Shown piece after piece: positions 40,102 to 49,023 of a stretch of 64,000 nt of DNA. Made by a program: the position numbers and the translations under genes. The number at the start of each line of letters is the position of its first letter. The first letter of the stretch is position 1. The notes beneath the pieces are model-generated. The model was not told where the DNA came from. It saw nothing but the letters and a program-made list of their open reading frames with translations, and searched no databases. The stretch comes from Infirmifilum sp. (lineage in GTDB: Archaea > Thermoproteota > Thermoprotei > Thermofilales > Thermofilaceae), in assembly GCA_041287245.1 (NCBI GenBank), contig JBEULP010000108.1, positions 1-64,000 of the forward strand, written 5' to 3'.

Positions 40102-41598
40102 TTGAAGAGAGCAATCGGTCGCAACGTACTGATAGCGATAATTCTTGTTCTTGTAGCCGTGGGAATAATAATCTTCTATCAGCTAAGCCTACCCCCAACA
40201 CAGCCCTCCCAGCCTAGCCAGCCTTCTCAACCCTCTCAGCCTTCTCAACCAAGCCAGCCTTCCCAGCCCAGTCAGCCTTCGCAGCCAACAAATGCTACAC
40301 AGCCGCAACAACCTCCACCCTCAACGCTACAGACTATAACTATCGGGACAAGCACTATCAGGGTTCCCAACGACTTTTATGACTTTGTATCAAAGGTCAA
40401 GTCTGGACAGCTAAAAGTTACGATAAACTTCTGGACCGGGATGAGCCAGTGGGAAGTAGATGTTATGAAGAATGTGCTAAACAAGTTCCAACAAGAGTAT
40501 CCCGGGATAACCGTCAAGTATACCAACGTTCAGAACCTCAAGGAACAGGTTAAGGCTGGAGTACTCACGGGCGACGTAGAAAACACAGCTCATGTTTTCA
40601 CATGGGCCCACGATTGGACCGGAGACCTTGCAGACAGCGGAACAATTATAGCCCTGGACAAGTACCTCCCGCCTGAGACCCTGGTGGATTTGAAGGGCCA
40701 GTATATGTCTTCTGCCTACCTAAGCGGCATGTACAAGCTCCACCTTTATGGCCTGCCGTGGGCCGCCGAGGCCATAGCTCTAGTCTGCAACAAGGATCTC
40801 GTGCCAAATGCCCCGCAAACCTGGGGTGACTATGAGAAGATAATGCAGCAGTGGTACAACCCGTCAAAGAACACTTACGGGATAGCTTACCAGATTGACC
40901 CGTACCACGTCTACCCGTTTGTCACGGCATTTGGAGGATACTACTACGACGAGGATAAAAATACAGTGGGCGTGAACTCCACTGGAACCCTCAATGGGCT
41001 TACCTTCTACGTCACACACGTAATGAAGTACATGTATACATCTGACGTTGGAATGGAGACGCAGCTCAAAATACTCCTTGAGGGTAGAACACCCTGCATG
41101 GTCACAGGCCCCTGGAACATTCCGACGATAAAGCAGACGATAAAGAACGTCGTCGTCTACTCCATACCGCCCATCGATGGTAAGACCCCCAAGCCGTTCT
41201 CAGGCGTGAAGCAGCTCTGGATAACCAAGGTGGTCGAGGGCGACAAGAACAGGCTATATGCCTCCATACTCTTCACAATGTGGTTCACGCTCAACGACGA
41301 CACATTGAAGACTCTCGTCGACGCTGGCTACATACCGGTCAAACTCTCAATCCTCCAGTACCTGCAGTCTAATGCTGACAAGTATCCTACTATACTCGGC
41401 TTCGCACAGGCCGTTTCAAACAGCATACCGATGCCGAAGTCTGCCAACATGAACTACGTGTGGAGCCCTGTGAGCGACGCTCTGAACGCTATTGTTACGA
41501 AATACAACGAAGCTGGCCCCGACGCCGCTGTGAGCATCATTCCGCAGTTGCTTAATGACGCACAAGCAAAGATTATATCCAAGATAAGCGGGCAGTAA
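40102..41598 (+). CDS. malE: Maltose/maltodextrin ABC substrate-binding protein
   Basis: N-terminal TM, QPS linker, WAHDWTG, YGLPWAAE, TGPWN, PFSGVK, PMPK; adjacent to amylolytic genes. Confidence 0.88.
   Translation: MKRAIGRNVLIAIILVLVAVGIIIFYQLSLPPTQPSQPSQPSQPSQPSQPSQPSQPSQPSQPTNATQPQQPPPSTLQTITIGTSTIRVPNDFYDFVSKVKSGQLKVTINFWTGMSQWEVDVMKNVLNKFQQEYPGITVKYTNVQNLKEQVKAGVLTGDVENTAHVFTWAHDWTGDLADSGTIIALDKYLPPETLVDLKGQYMSSAYLSGMYKLHLYGLPWAAEAIALVCNKDLVPNAPQTWGDYEKIMQQWYNPSKNTYGIAYQIDPYHVYPFVTAFGGYYYDEDKNTVGVNSTGTLNGLTFYVTHVMKYMYTSDVGMETQLKILLEGRTPCMVTGPWNIPTIKQTIKNVVVYSIPPIDGKTPKPFSGVKQLWITKVVEGDKNRLYASILFTMWFTLNDDTLKTLVDAGYIPVKLSILQYLQSNADKYPTILGFAQAVSNSIPMPKSANMNYVWSPVSDALNAIVTKYNEAGPDAAVSIIPQLLNDAQAKIISKISGQ
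40201..40287 (+). repeat. (Gln-Pro-Ser)x9 coding repeat
   Basis: 9-bp period with varied synonymous codons, in frame in the SBP linker. Confidence 0.9.
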
Positions 41599-41624
41599 GC
41601 CCCTTCAAAAATAAGGTGTTTTTT

Positions 41625-43097
41625 ATGCCGAAGACTAAGACAAGCCTATACCCCACAAAGATAGCTTTCTCACTCATTATTCTAAGCCTAGCCATGTACC
41701 TTTTCTTCTCGCTATGGCCAATAGCATACTCCATCTACGTAGCATTCACAGACGCTAACAACTTCAACATCGCATCGGAGCCCCGTATACGCGAGTTGCA
41801 AGCCCAGAAGGCAGCAGTCGCGAACTATTTGTACAGTAACAGGGATAAAGTTCTAACACAGGTTTCTCGGGCTGAAAACTACCTATCCACAAGTATATCC
41901 GCTCTCCAAGAGTTGAAGTCCCTTATTCTCTACTCTACGCCTCAAAACTTCTCATCCAGTAGGCTAGCACAGATAAGGGGTAGGGTGGACGATGCCCTTA
42001 TCTATGTAACAAGCATAGTAAAGAGCAACACCACCTTCCTCTACTACTACCAGGGGCTCGGAGACAACCTGACGCGAGCCGTCACACTCATCGATGGCGA
42101 CATCTGGAGCTCGATAGACCAGATCGTAGGTTTCAAACTTGCGCTGTCCCAGGATGATCTACAACAACTCAAGACAAAAGTTGCCCCGAAAGTAGATCAG
42201 GCTATTAGCCTACTACAGACATGCCTCCAGCTTGTAAAAACCGTCGAGTCCAACTATGACCTGCTAGTGAGCTCCGCGACGCGAGGGCTCGACGAAGAGA
42301 TCGACAGGATCTCGCTACACTTCGTGGGTCTGGCTAACTTCCAGATCCTTTTCTCAGACTCTCGCTTCCCCTACAGTATATTCAAGACACTTCTCTTCGT
42401 AATTACAAGTGTTCCCATCAAGGTGCTGGCTGGCGTATCCCTAGCCTTCCTATTTTCAAGCCCCCTTATTTACGGGCGCAAGGTTATGAGGGCTCTCCTA
42501 CTCATTCCCTGGGCTTTGCCAATCCTACTTTCTGTCACAACCTGGAGAATGATAATGGCCCCTGGGATGGGCCCCCTCGCCAACTACCTAAGTAGCATCG
42601 GTGTCGATATCAACATATATAATAGGGAGTGGGATGCATTCCTAGCATACAACATCGTTGAAATGTGGCTTGCCTATCCGTTCATCATGACAGTTACGAT
42701 GGCTGCTATAGCCTCAATACCTAAGGAGCTTTTAGAGTCAGCTTTGGTCGACGGGGCTAGTGTTTGGGAACGCTTCAAGAGTATAATGCTCCCGTTAACA
42801 TCCCGGCCAATCCTCTTTGCCAGCATTTTGACAGCTGGAGCGTCGCTCCAAGCTTTCATGGTGCCTCTACTCATAAATAACGGCGGGCCCACGAAGGAGA
42901 TCCAGTTCCTTGGGCTTCCAAGGACAACAGGCGGGGTTAACGAGATGATGGTTCTCTTCGGCTATAACAGGGCATACCTTGACCAACAATATGGGTTGTC
43001 AGCAGCGTCTTACCTCGTAGTAGTTCTCATACTTCTAGTATATGCAATCGGCTGGTACTATCTTATTTATAAGAGAAGCACTCCGGGTGGAGTATGA
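41625..43097 (+). CDS. malF: Maltodextrin ABC permease with large extracellular helical loop
   Basis: YSIYVAFTD, FVGLANF, LLIPWALP, WLAYPF, ESALVDGA. Confidence 0.85.
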   Translation: MPKTKTSLYPTKIAFSLIILSLAMYLFFSLWPIAYSIYVAFTDANNFNIASEPRIRELQAQKAAVANYLYSNRDKVLTQVSRAENYLSTSISALQELKSLILYSTPQNFSSSRLAQIRGRVDDALIYVTSIVKSNTTFLYYYQGLGDNLTRAVTLIDGDIWSSIDQIVGFKLALSQDDLQQLKTKVAPKVDQAISLLQTCLQLVKTVESNYDLLVSSATRGLDEEIDRISLHFVGLANFQILFSDSRFPYSIFKTLLFVITSVPIKVLAGVSLAFLFSSPLIYGRKVMRALLLIPWALPILLSVTTWRMIMAPGMGPLANYLSSIGVDINIYNREWDAFLAYNIVEMWLAYPFIMTVTMAAIASIPKELLESALVDGASVWERFKSIMLPLTSRPILFASILTAGASLQAFMVPLLINNGGPTKEIQFLGLPRTTGGVNEMMVLFGYNRAYLDQQYGLSAASYLVVVLILLVYAIGWYYLIYKRSTPGGV

Positions 43098-43957
43098 TGG
43101 GTCCGGCAAGTTCACAATTGGCGAGATTCGCAGGCGCCATCGTCCTCACAACAGTATCTCTGCTTGTAGTCTTTATCCTACTCTACCCTGTGCTTTTCGC
43201 AGTTCTGTCGAGCATCGTCAAGGGACAGATGATTATAACCGACCCGCTACAGGTCCTCAGCATTGGTGTCTCAGCTGAGCACTATGTAAAGGCGGTTAGC
43301 GATCCACGTTTCATTAGTGCTACAGGACTCAGCCTGGTAGTCGCCCTAGCCAACATCGTTTTCGCACTTGTCGTCATAACGCCAGCGGCTTACGCTTTTT
43401 CAAGGTTCAAGTTTCCAGGTAGAGATGCGTTGCTCGTAGCATACTTAGTCCTTAACCAGGTGGGAGGGGGGTTTGGCGTCGCAGCTGTCATTGCCCTCTA
43501 CGTTATGCTCCTAAAGCTCAACCAGATCGGTCTCCCAGTCATAGGAAACCCTGTAATCCTTGCGGCCATCTATACAGCAGGCGCCGTACCCTTCCAAACC
43601 TGGATGGTGAAGAACTACCTGGACGCTCTCCCAAGGGAGATAGATGAGTCCGCATTTATAGACGGGGCCAGCTGGAGGCAAGTAATATTTGAAGTTGTAC
43701 TCCCGGCTTCTAAGCCTACAATGATTGTAATCGCGCTCTTCGCGTTCATGGGCGCGTGGGGAGAGTTCATCGTAGCTAATTTCCTGAGAGTCGAAACGCT
43801 GGCAGCTTACGTTTACGAAACCGCCACAGGACAAACTATATTCTGGAGCGACTTCGCAGCCAGGACAATCCTTTTTGCCCTGCCTATAATAGCCATTTAC
43901 GTCTTCACCCAGAAATACATAGGCGAAGCAATGAGATACGGAGCGGGAAAGCTCTAA
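43094..43957 (+). CDS. malG: Maltodextrin ABC permease
   Basis: AAYAFSRFKFPGR, KNYLDALPREIDESAFIDGA, WGEF. Confidence 0.88.
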   Translation: MMGPASSQLARFAGAIVLTTVSLLVVFILLYPVLFAVLSSIVKGQMIITDPLQVLSIGVSAEHYVKAVSDPRFISATGLSLVVALANIVFALVVITPAAYAFSRFKFPGRDALLVAYLVLNQVGGGFGVAAVIALYVMLLKLNQIGLPVIGNPVILAAIYTAGAVPFQTWMVKNYLDALPREIDESAFIDGASWRQVIFEVVLPASKPTMIVIALFAFMGAWGEFIVANFLRVETLAAYVYETATGQTIFWSDFAARTILFALPIIAIYVFTQKYIGEAMRYGAGKL

Positions 43958-44028
43958 AAAGTGAATTAGTATTTTATCTTCCTTTAAAACCTTTAACTTC
44001 TCTCTACGTGAAAATTTTCCTCTGGGAA

Positions 44029-44964
44029 TTAAGGGGATTCCTCAACCCTAACCCTGACATACCTGAGAGCACCGCGACGGTATATCTTTAGCTCAGCGTA
44101 GCCGCCGGGCCCGACTTCTCTCAGCACATTAAGCAAGTCTGAGACTCCTGAAAGTTTTTTCCCGGAGGCCTCAAGAATAATGTCTCCAGGACGGATCCCA
44201 GCCTTGTGAGCGGGTCCCCCTGGTACTATGCGCATGACTAGAACTCCCCCAGGCTCCCTCAAGCCGAGCTGCAGAGCCACAAGCTGGGTTACGTCTAGAC
44301 CGAATATTCCTATCCAAGGCCTGGTTATCCGCCCGTACTTCCTTACTTGTTCTAGCCCCCACTTTACCTCATTTACAGGAATAGCGAAGCCAATGCCCTG
44401 TGCGAAGGGGATGACCGCAGTAGTGATTCCTATAACCTCTCCGTCAAGGTTTACCAGCGGCCCACCACTGTTACCTGGATTGATAGCAGCGTCCGTCTGA
44501 ATCATGTTCTCGTAGACTTTCCCCTCGACCCGCAGAGTTCTTTTAACGCCACTCACAACCCCGAAAGTCAGAGAAGGTCCTCCGAGAATCTGCCCAAACG
44601 GGTTTCCGATGGCTAGAACAATCTGTCCTATCTTCACATTGTCACTGTCTCCAAGCCTAGCCGGCTTAAAGTCATCTCCCTCGACCCTGATAAACGCAAT
44701 ATCCCACTGAGGATCCTCAGCTAAAACCTCGGCTGGAAGGCTCTCACCATTTGGCGTGGTTACTGTTATTCTTTCAAACCCCTCTACAACGTGCGAGTTA
44801 GTCGCAATGATCCCAGATGAGTCAACGACAACGCCCGAGCCGAAGCCTGTAATAGGGGCGTGTGTGAATAGGAAGTCCACTATGCGGAGGGCTGAAACGC
44901 CTGTAACGCTCGGAATAATCTCCTCATAGATACGGGTTATCCTTTCCTGCAGAGCTTCAACCAT
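44029..44964 (-). CDS. HtrA/DegP-like serine protease with PDZ domain (no signal peptide)
   Basis: GSGVV, TNSHVV, DIA, IQTDAAINPGNSGGPL, C-terminal PDZ. Confidence 0.93.
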   Translation of the reverse strand: MVEALQERITRIYEEIIPSVTGVSALRIVDFLFTHAPITGFGSGVVVDSSGIIATNSHVVEGFERITVTTPNGESLPAEVLAEDPQWDIAFIRVEGDDFKPARLGDSDNVKIGQIVLAIGNPFGQILGGPSLTFGVVSGVKRTLRVEGKVYENMIQTDAAINPGNSGGPLVNLDGEVIGITTAVIPFAQGIGFAIPVNEVKWGLEQVRKYGRITRPWIGIFGLDVTQLVALQLGLREPGGVLVMRIVPGGPAHKAGIRPGDIILEASGKKLSGVSDLLNVLREVGPGGYAELKIYRRGALRYVRVRVEESP

Positions 44965-45077
44965 ACACCTTATGTAGCATGCTATTTATAAAAAATCTTT
45001 CCAGCCAGGGCTACCGATTACATCCAATTCTTAAGTCATATTTTTTAACTCCCTCCACCATTCAGATAATGACGTGC

Positions 45078-46409
45078 ATGCCCGAAGAGTTTGAACCATA
45101 CCCCGAATTCGTAAAGTGGGACCATATCCCAGACCTCGAAAGAGAGGTTGTAGTTACATTCCGCCTTGTCCCCGGGGAGGGTTTCACCGTGGACGATGCT
45201 GCAGGAGCTGTTGCCGCAGAAAGCAGCGTCGGGACTTGGACTACACTCTACGAGTGGTACGACAAGAGCCGGATTAACAGTTTGAAGGGCAAAGCGTATC
45301 AGAAAAAGCCCCTGCCAGACGGGTCTTTCCTTGTCCGAGTTGCTTACCCGGTAGAGCTTTTCGAGGAAGGGAACATGCCTGCATTTCTAGCATCAGTTGC
45401 TGGCAATATTTTCGGCATGAAACGCGTAAAGTCTCTAAGGGTTGAGGACATATATCTACCTAAGCCATTCCTTGACTTTTTCAAAGGACCATCTAAGGGA
45501 ATACCGGGTATACGCGAAGTTATGCGTATCTCAAGGAGGCCCATAATAGGTACGGTTCCCAAGCCTAAGGTCGGTTACTCGCCTGACGAGGTTGAGAGGC
45601 TCGCCTACGAACTACTTATAGGCGGTATGGATTATGTTAAGGATGACGAGAACATTGCCAGCCCAAGCTACTGCAGGTTTGAGGAGAGGGCGAAGGCTAT
45701 AATGAAGGCGATCGACAGGGCTGAGAGGGAGACGGGCGAGAGAAAAGCCTGGTTTGCAAACATCACGGCAGATGTTAGGGAGATGGAGCGAAGGCTGAAG
45801 CTCGTAGCAGAGTATGGAAATCCATACGTTATGGTCGATGTGGTAATAACTGGATGGTCAGCTCTGACATACATCAGAGATCTCGCCGAGGAGTATGGAC
45901 TAGCTATCCACGGCCACAGAGCCATGCATGCGGCATTCACTCGGAACGAGTATCACGGCATATCAATGTTTACCCTTGCGAAGCTCTTCAGAATTATTGG
46001 AATAGACCAGCTTCACGTTGGTACACCCGAGGTAGGCAAGCTGGAAGCTAAGGCAGTCGACGTTCAGCGCAACGCTCGTGTCCTGAGGGATGCAGCGTAT
46101 GTCCCGGACTCCGAGGACTTCTTCCATCTTAATCAACCCTTCGGCTCCATGAAACCCTCCTTCCCCGTGGCAAGCGGTGGGCTACACCCCGGGACTCTCC
46201 CGGAGGTCATAAGGAAGATGGGGGAAGACATAGTGATACAAGTTGGCGGTGGTGTTGTCGGCCACCCAGACGGCCCTAGAGCTGGTGCTGCAGCCGCGAG
46301 ACAAGCGGTCGAGGCTACGCTTGAGGGAATAGACCTCTCCGAGTACGCAAAAACCCACCACGAGCTTGCACGGGCTATCGAGAAATGGGGCTTTGTAAGG
46401 CCTGCGTGA
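45078..46409 (+). CDS. rbcL: Form III ribulose-1,5-bisphosphate carboxylase
   Basis: AAESSVGTWT, GTVPKPKVG, GGMDYVKDDEN, HGHRAMHAA, GKLE, SGGLHPG, GGGVVGHP. Confidence 0.95.
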   Translation: MPEEFEPYPEFVKWDHIPDLEREVVVTFRLVPGEGFTVDDAAGAVAAESSVGTWTTLYEWYDKSRINSLKGKAYQKKPLPDGSFLVRVAYPVELFEEGNMPAFLASVAGNIFGMKRVKSLRVEDIYLPKPFLDFFKGPSKGIPGIREVMRISRRPIIGTVPKPKVGYSPDEVERLAYELLIGGMDYVKDDENIASPSYCRFEERAKAIMKAIDRAERETGERKAWFANITADVREMERRLKLVAEYGNPYVMVDVVITGWSALTYIRDLAEEYGLAIHGHRAMHAAFTRNEYHGISMFTLAKLFRIIGIDQLHVGTPEVGKLEAKAVDVQRNARVLRDAAYVPDSEDFFHLNQPFGSMKPSFPVASGGLHPGTLPEVIRKMGEDIVIQVGGGVVGHPDGPRAGAAAARQAVEATLEGIDLSEYAKTHHELARAIEKWGFVRPA

Positions 46410-46410
46410 A

Positions 46411-47225
46411 ATGGCTGAGGCTAAGACTCTGATCATAGCCCACGGCGACTGTGACGGGGTTACTTCGGCAGCTCTAGCGCTCTCTATATACGCAGGTAAG
46501 GTCGTGTTCTCTCACCCTGTAGGCATCCTTGGAGACCTGGACGAGTTCTCAGAGGATGCGGACAGGATAGTAATCCTAGATATAGCCTTAGATGAGAGGC
46601 ATTGGAGACAACTTGCGGAAAGACTCGCTGGGTATTGGGAAGCTATATACGTGGATCACCACCCCCCTCCTGTGGGATCGCTAGAGTTCCTGCGGGAGAA
46701 AGGAGTGAAAGTAAACCACGAGGAGAATGCGTGCACAGCAGAGCTCACCTTCAGGTATCTAAAGCCTAGGGCTGACCTTAGCCGCGTAGCTCGTATCAGA
46801 AAAGAATGAATTGAAAGATGGCGTAGTCACCTATGCATCCGTATAGAGCTACGCGGGTATCAGAAAAGAATGAATTGAAAGAGCAGGCTACGGTAATAGA
46901 GGAGGCACGCGAGAAACTCCCAAAGCGCTTAAAGGTTCTGAAGAACATAGCGTTTGTAGAGCACCCAGAGGCCAGCCTGGGGATAATGGCTTTCTATGCC
47001 GCAGTGGTCTCAGGTATGAGGGTGGGAGTTGCTATAGAAGTTAAAGACGGGTGGGCGGTAATGAGCCTAAGGGCTAAGGATCCACGCGTAGACCTCAACA
47101 GCCTGCTACGTAACATCGCGCCTTCATTTAAGGGCCATGGCGGAGGACATAGGAGTGCGGCAGGCGCCAGGGTCCCCCTAGAAAATCTGACAGCCTTTCT
47201 TTCAGCCCTGGATGAAAGCCTTTAG
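46411..47225 (+). pseudogene. DHH/DHHA1 phosphoesterase split by a CRISPR repeat-spacer-repeat, with central deletion
   Basis: N-part 46411-46792 has HGDCDG, ILDI, VDHH, ACTAEL; C-part from 46881 has SLRA and GHGGGHRSAAGAR; the parts are in different frames and separated only by the CRISPR unit. Confidence 0.88.
46793..46881 (+). CRISPR. Mini-array: two identical 25-bp repeats GTATCAGAAAAGAATGAATTGAAAG and one 39-bp spacer
   Basis: Repeats 46793-46817 and 46857-46881; spacer ATGGCGTAGTCACCTATGCATCCGTATAGAGCTACGCGG; ATTGAAAG 3' end typical of archaeal type I-A/III repeats. Confidence 0.9.
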
Positions 47226-47512
47226 ACTTTTATCAGCGACAGGGTTTTTCTGTCGAGACTTCTTATTTTCTCGCGGGCTTCTTGAAGGCTCGCAGCATGC
47301 TCAATTCCCTCAACACGCACATTGTAATACTCTTCAACAGAGCTTTCAGCTAACAATTTTCTTACATCCATGTCATCGTCAAGGACAAGGTATACGTAGC
47401 TACCCAAACTGTAGACTGCCTGCACGCCTGCTAGCCTCATAAAGTGCTCCTTTGCTGGGGCAACACAGCTAGCGCAGCCAATACCTGACACCTTGAGAGT
47501 TACGAGTTTCAT
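47222..47512 (-). CDS. Heavy-metal-associated (HMA) domain protein
   Basis: LKVSGIGCASC metal-binding motif. Confidence 0.8.
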   Translation of the reverse strand: MKLVTLKVSGIGCASCVAPAKEHFMRLAGVQAVYSLGSYVYLVLDDDMDVRKLLAESSVEEYYNVRVEGIEHAASLQEAREKIRSLDRKTLSLIKV

Positions 47513-47599
47513 TTGGAACCCTTCCTCTCTATAGGTTCCCGTTATAAAAACTTATCAGAGGAGGAAATAATTATATGGTTGGTAAGGGATTCTATCTTA

Positions 47600-48997
47600 A
47601 TGGACACGCTTAATGCTAAGCCCATTCTTGAATACGAGTTCTCAGGAGAAGCAGGCCCTGAAAAACGTTTAGGTTTTCAATATCTAGACTTTAGCGTTCC
47701 CGAATCGTCCTGCACCCTGGAGGTTGAATACGATTATAAAGGTTTGGGCCCTGGCGAGGTAACCATAGATATCGGACTATTCGAGCCTGGCGAGATAGAG
47801 TTAGCGGAGGGGATGAAGAGTTTCCGAGGATGGAGCGGCTCGACCAAGCGGAAATTCTATGTTTCAAGGGCATGGGCAACCCCGGGCTATTTGCCTGGAG
47901 ATGTAAAACCGGGTACTTGGAAAGTAATTCTAGGCTTCTACAAGATACCGGAGAGGGGCGTTGCGTATAGCGTGAGAGTACGAGTTTACCGTGAATGCTT
48001 CGACGCTTCTAAAAAGCCAAATGTTGTAGAGAAAAGGAAAAGCTATAGGGGGTGGGTTAAGGGTGATTTACATATGCACTCGGTACATAGCGACGGTGAC
48101 TCTACGCTATACGAAATAGCGGAACTTGCCCACTCCATGGGTCTAGACTTTGTCTCTGTAACAGACCACAATACAGTTTCACAAATAGCTGAGCTGGACT
48201 GGAGCTCTGCCTACATAAACAATGTCCTATTCATAAGAGGAGTAGAAGTAACAACGTATAAGGGCCACATGAACGTCTATGGCGCCAGCGAGGTGCCTGA
48301 CTTCCGGCTTAGCACTCGGGCCGACCTGGAAAGAATCGTATCGTACTTGAAGAGTAAGAACTTCTTTTTATCCGTTAACCACCCGAAGCCACTAGGACCT
48401 GACTGGGAGTTTGGGGACATGTCTTTTGCCGATGCAGTCGAAGTGTTCCATTCCGTGTGGGAGTTCAACAATCATGTCTCTCTTAGGAAGTGGGACGAGC
48501 TTCTACAAAAAGGGCTTAGGATAGGGTTGATAGGGGGTAGTGACGCTCACGAGATGAAGGGAAAGGCAAGCCTCCTCCTACCAGGTGTTCCTACAACTTG
48601 GGTATATGTGGACGAGCTGAGCGAGCCTGGTGTGTTAGCAGGTCTCAGGTCTCAAAAGGTCTTTGTCTCAGAATCTGTCCAGGGCCCAAAGTTGTTCTTG
48701 AAAGCCTTCTCGGGGGGTCGTGAATACGGGCTTGGTGAAACAATAGACTCTGGGGATGTAAAGTTGGCTGTTCAGGTAGAAGGAGCTGAGGGTCAGTACT
48801 TAAGGCTCATAAGCCAGGGAGAGGTGATAGCTACCGAGAAGGTAAACAGCGGTATCTTCGCGAGAAAATTCAATTTAAACATGAAAGGCGCTTATGTCAG
48901 GGCTGAGGTTCTGAAAGAAGTAGCTGATCTAGGAGATCCTTATCACCCGGATAATATTATCTCTGTTTTAAGCTCGCCTATCTATCTTAACATATAA
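47600..48997 (+). CDS. PHP-domain metallohydrolase (CehA/McbA-like)
   Basis: GDLHMHSVHSDG, VTDHN, GVEVTT..GH, NHP, GGSDAH. Confidence 0.85.
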   Translation: MDTLNAKPILEYEFSGEAGPEKRLGFQYLDFSVPESSCTLEVEYDYKGLGPGEVTIDIGLFEPGEIELAEGMKSFRGWSGSTKRKFYVSRAWATPGYLPGDVKPGTWKVILGFYKIPERGVAYSVRVRVYRECFDASKKPNVVEKRKSYRGWVKGDLHMHSVHSDGDSTLYEIAELAHSMGLDFVSVTDHNTVSQIAELDWSSAYINNVLFIRGVEVTTYKGHMNVYGASEVPDFRLSTRADLERIVSYLKSKNFFLSVNHPKPLGPDWEFGDMSFADAVEVFHSVWEFNNHVSLRKWDELLQKGLRIGLIGGSDAHEMKGKASLLLPGVPTTWVYVDELSEPGVLAGLRSQKVFVSESVQGPKLFLKAFSGGREYGLGETIDSGDVKLAVQVEGAEGQYLRLISQGEVIATEKVNSGIFARKFNLNMKGAYVRAEVLKEVADLGDPYHPDNIISVLSSPIYLNI

Positions 48998-49023
48998 ATA
49001 AAACTCTCACAAAGAATTTATGT

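Noticed and set aside
40201..40287. 9-bp periodic sequence as a CRISPR or mobile-element repeat
   Set aside because: In-frame protein repeat with synonymous variation and no spacers
45078..46409. rbcL as evidence of Calvin-cycle autotrophy
   Set aside because: Archaeal form III type, which normally serves nucleotide/nucleoside degradation; no phosphoribulokinase or small subunit in the window
46833..47225. Treating 46411-46809 and 46833-47225 as two ordinary genes or a simple frameshift
   Set aside because: The junction is an exact 25-bp direct repeat pair with a spacer, and conserved central sequence is missing
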